Assembly (NCBI GenBank): GCA_934163035.1 | Contig: CAKPJX010000002.1 | Coordinates: 13,977 to 77,976, forward strand | Direction: 5' to 3' | DNA length: 64,000 nucleotides | DNA from: an uncultured Bacilli bacterium | GTDB lineage: Bacteria; Bacillota_I; Bacilli_A; RF39; UBA660 | Part shown: in pieces, positions 63,301 to 64,000 of the stretch | How the letters are laid out: each line of letters starts with the position of its first letter | How positions within the stretch are numbered: position 1 is the stretch's first letter | Notes under the pieces: model-generated | What the model was told of the DNA's origin: nothing | What the model saw: only the letters and a program-made list of their open reading frames with translations | The model's database searches: none | Program-made: the position numbers and the translations under genes

Positions 63301-63443
63301 TAACTACTGCTTTCTAAAACTTTATTAATATCAATGTCTTTATCTTTAGATAATTTAAAATAAATAAAACCACCAAAAATTATTGCTATTAAAACAACAA
63401 AAGTTAATAAAAATTTCTTTTTTAATCTAAAAACCCTTTTCAT
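57336..63443 (-). CDS. giant secreted multidomain protein: papain-like (C1) cysteine protease + about 12 Listeria-Bacteroides (flg_new) repeats + Ig-like domain + C-terminal dockerin
   Basis: N-terminal signal anchor. C1 protease motifs QGNLGICWSFASYG (Cys), SHAMQIVGWDD (His) and ILKNSWGANRYPYVYLAYD (Asn). One Big_2-like domain. Twelve YTVTFDxNGG ... GYTFxGWNT ... DGSG ... TLYAQW repeats. Terminal DVNGDGKVTAADVSKVY ... DVTGDGKISAVDVSKMY dockerin duplicate. Confidence 0.8.
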   Translation of the reverse strand: MKRVFRLKKKFLLTFVVLIAIIFGGFIYFKLSKDKDIDINKVLESSSYSYLPVEAKNFIIEAYEKTGDVVLTEKNKKDGVAYLNPEFVDYLTLSDDEKNASSLIPETYIFDYTSTGDITDGLPSKYNLGNVDGKNFISEVKDQGNLGICWSFASYGQIESKLLISSNKSYDSSSQLFSERQIDYATSNNGIKNYDNKMGFRALGSGGNFTISSYAMASGLTMVDDSLMGYSSSLEQLEYSKVLNDKNSLYEVNSAIKVPVLNIVDLDLTNSDDIKKRDSYLSLIKNNVIKNGGAYVGTESPQSSCSILTDDSAVIRVDNYCVQNSSHAMQIVGWDDDYEYKYCHDSNSHSKYTSSCSSDDTVTGKGAWILKNSWGANRYPYVYLAYDSLDSDIGLVTELSSASDKNWNGYYSTNFLKKPYYYITSNLHIDYKRASVSSEKLMKVKFITTSSDASYTVYVNNNKVKTLDGDNPGLYTVDFSNDDIVLADESFSIKILGSNGGLLVDGAQVFTKTVDSKQEINTKDSYFRSTLSTKNSDNYEFSVSTNTKNINSGEILNYKLYDSDGVDISSKLSVTNNVVSANFVNAFFTIDNSVPVGVYTLHTLYGELDVESKITLYPIKEIVGDGVENSPYIITSVVELETLGDQPDAYFKLGNDISSVDGYSWSPVEFYGNFDGSGYIISGLDDSLFSTVSANKNAPTIIRNFTLKDFTTSDKGAFSKEVIDYIDYNLSTSDYGVLIENIAIMGDNINIKNGSFIGDISLRYKNKLLINGIFSSTINHSNYPWLINSIDGSSGTALSISNIEVLGKFNISEKSYRQGLLIDNVGAGLTLNNFVIASDNASSDYSDYNSIIGRVYSDVVDNVTLENGYYTSGTGTFSIYDTTNKTLEDGIVDSTVNKTNITNLNDVNLYLVWASFSKYWKSDNINGISRIPILNFVNFEYTNVSDITLNKGDNYNLFTAITPNSLFAKNISFEMADNSIASIDKDGNITALDVGKTTIHVVSNYDGYERDVDLTVLGSENYTINYDSNNGTGDVISETVPVDMIIKTKSNIFSKGGYKFVGWNTAQDGSGDSYAGNAEIENIALAGETIVLYAQWEAIEYTVIYDNNAGSGSIGDFKVYYDQEFLLPDNTFVRKGYKFTGWNTESDGTGTSYNDKATVKNLTTNETVTLYAQWTIITYTIRYNSNGGLGTMDDVVLAYNDDAYLSSNLYEKRGYRFVGWNTKSDGTGDAFDDKQYVRELTDVDGSVIVLYAQWKVINYVVRYEGNGGYGQMPDQSFTYENLSKLYSNSFERVGYTFSSWCTNADGNGDIYSDNANLEDINYYGESSITLYAQWVPIQYTVQFNSNGGEGEMSDDVFEYGHLYNLSFNKFTKYGYNFVNWNTKADGTGYYYNDNSEVSNLLDKNATLVLYAQWEAIEYEVRFDANGGDGQMLNQHLTYDKVDHLEKNKFTNNGYTFIGWNTMIDGSGTSYDDEAEVLNILDADGDITLYAQWMIAGYEVTFNPNGGEGEMFNQIFEFDIAKQLYTNTYTKLGYKFTSWNTKADGTGENYSNKGIVTNLTDKNETITLYAQWVPISYEIKFVGNDVVGEMPNQIFKYDVKSSLVANAYTKEGYKFIGWNTMLDGSGSVYNDGDDIFNLTDKDGSIIYLYAQWVPIQYTVQFNSNGGEGEMPNQILNYDDIVNLNENTYTKVGYSFVEWNLKADGTGDSYKDKAEIYNLADSDGTIVLYAIWSPISYTVKFDNNGTSGELSDITLKYDESKKVSMDKFVKKGYILNSWNTKADGTGSSYSVSKELINLSATDGDVITLYAQYVPIHYTIAFMPNGASGTMDSQEFIYDTEAALNKNAFVMEGYYFKEWNTKADGTGKSYKDQQIINNITSNDENIILYAIWKLDIDYEIKDYVLDSNNYLRNIKPNTKLKEYLTKFDIGKDYSIAVYDLENKLLGEDDLVFTGSITKIMKNSDVVLEIKNIIMGDVNGDGKVTAADVSKVYSHIRKRINISEDYYLLASDVTGDGKISAVDVSKMYSFVKKRIDSLD
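57840..60310. repeat. tandem coding repeats of about 235 bp (11-12 copies) inside the giant gene
   Basis: The block CC(A/G)GTTCCATC ... TTCCAAC ... TATATCC recurs about every 235 bp at roughly 57845, 58097, 58329, 58565, 58810, 59045, 59281, 59521, 59762, 59995 and 60230. Confidence 0.7.
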
Positions 63444-63612
63444 AAAGACACACTCCTAACTATACTATCCTATACTAGCCTAATAGTACCACATAATTAA
63501 AAAAAATACAATAAACGACAAATTATTTATTTGAATAATCTAGATAAAAAACAAAAATGTTCTAATTACTATTAAATACACATAAATATTACTGTATAAG
63601 GAGAATGTGTAT

Positions 63613-64000
63613 ATGGATAAACAAGAAATTATTAAGAATATTGCGAAAAGAAGCGGTGGAGACATTTATCTAGGAGTAGTAGGTGCAGTAAGAACAGGAA
63701 AATCAACTTTTATAAAGAAAATGGTTGAAACTTTAATCGTCCCTAATATTGAAGATGAATATGAAAGAAAAAGAGCTCTAGATGAAATTCCTCAAAGTGC
63801 CGCTGGAAAAACCATTATGACAACAGAACCAAAGTTTGTACCAAACAATGCTGCTAACATTAAGATTGATGATTTTTCATGTAACATAAGATTAATAGAT
63901 TGTGTTGGATATATGATTGATAAAGCCCAAGGTGCCAGTGATGAGAATGGTCCAAGAATGGTAAAAACACCATGGTACAATGAAGAAATACCATTTACCG
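63613..64000 (+). CDS. spoIVA: stage IV sporulation protein A (spore coat morphogenetic ATPase), N-terminal 129 aa; runs off the window end
   Basis: AAGGAG RBS, then MDKQEIIKNIAKRSGGDIYLGVVGAVRTGKSTFIKKMVETL ... IPQSAAGKTIMTTEPKFVPNNA ... IRLIDCVGY ... ENGPRMVKTPWY. This is near-identical in pattern to B. subtilis SpoIVA (Walker A GAVRTGKST). Confidence 0.85.
   Translation, partial: MDKQEIIKNIAKRSGGDIYLGVVGAVRTGKSTFIKKMVETLIVPNIEDEYERKRALDEIPQSAAGKTIMTTEPKFVPNNAANIKIDDFSCNIRLIDCVGYMIDKAQGASDENGPRMVKTPWYNEEIPFT

Noticed and set aside
4058-63980. Numerous 60-160 aa ORFs lying antisense to, or nested within, confidently assigned genes. Examples: 4058-4264, 6237-6506, 11307-11516, 11835-12089, 12832-13032, 13689-13922, 15771-15998, 17137-17358, 18832-19077, 30858-31139, 37830-38252, 38826-39164, 49103-49573, 50401-50583, 52144-52410, 52968-53195, 53925-54674, 56489-56671, 59147-60184, 60631-60837, 61793-61981, 63792-63980.
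   Set aside because: Low-complexity, Ile/Leu/Phe/Ser-rich translations typical of the opposite strand of AT-rich coding DNA. They have no RBS, no motifs, and overlap well-supported genes.
1-64000. CRISPR arrays, rRNA and tRNA genes
   Set aside because: No short direct repeats with regular spacers, no rRNA-like conserved blocks and no tRNA cloverleaf candidates were seen. The only periodic repeats are coding, inside the giant gene.
1-64000. Mycoplasma-type code (UGA = Trp), suggested by the low GC content
   Set aside because: Full-length conserved proteins (RecA, Ffh, Der, PBP1A and others) are read without in-frame TGA. TGA terminates several genes. The trpS T-box specifies UGG.

Overview
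This 64 kb window is very AT-rich. Its core gene set and local synteny are Bacillus-like, and TGA is a stop codon, so it uses the standard genetic code. Several features point to an endospore former, most plausibly a low-GC Firmicute near the Erysipelotrichia/Clostridia boundary: spoIVA at the window end, a SpoVIF-like small protein, and tandem YjcZ-like tiny membrane proteins.

Housekeeping loci I can recognise:
- trpS with a T-box leader; the NfeD/stomatin pair
- a sufCDSUB Fe-S cluster operon
- pdp, a short ssb, prsA, recX, rpoZ
- ftsY-ylxM-ffh
- rnjA and rny; Mur ligase-recA; rodZ-like-pgsA; gpsB-rnpB
- recU-ponA; dnaD-nth; cca; hup (HU); der

Accessory and unusual content:
1. A roughly 4 kb block (about 24.85-28.9 kb) carries a large serine recombinase, a Dam-family N6-adenine methyltransferase, a truncated Fic gene and decayed ORFs. 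It lies between two start-less and stop-less fragments of a small His/Cys-rich CotD-like gene. I interpret this as a candidate sporulation-type intervening element splitting a spore coat gene.
2. A HerA/FtsK-type ATPase with a long disordered tail, its own promoter and its own terminator is inserted inside the conserved ylxM-ffh operon.
3. A sortase plus a thioester-domain adhesin locus.
4. A 2035-aa secreted protein combining a papain-like protease, about 12 Listeria-Bacteroides repeats, an Ig-like domain and a C-terminal dockerin. It sits next to a cadherin-like repeat surface protein.
5. Three frameshifted or truncated genes: a transglutaminase-like gene, a HIT paralog and a D-Ala-D-Ala carboxypeptidase.
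6. A second serine recombinase fragment at the window start.

No CRISPR array, rRNA or tRNA was seen. RNase P RNA is the only clear structured-RNA gene.
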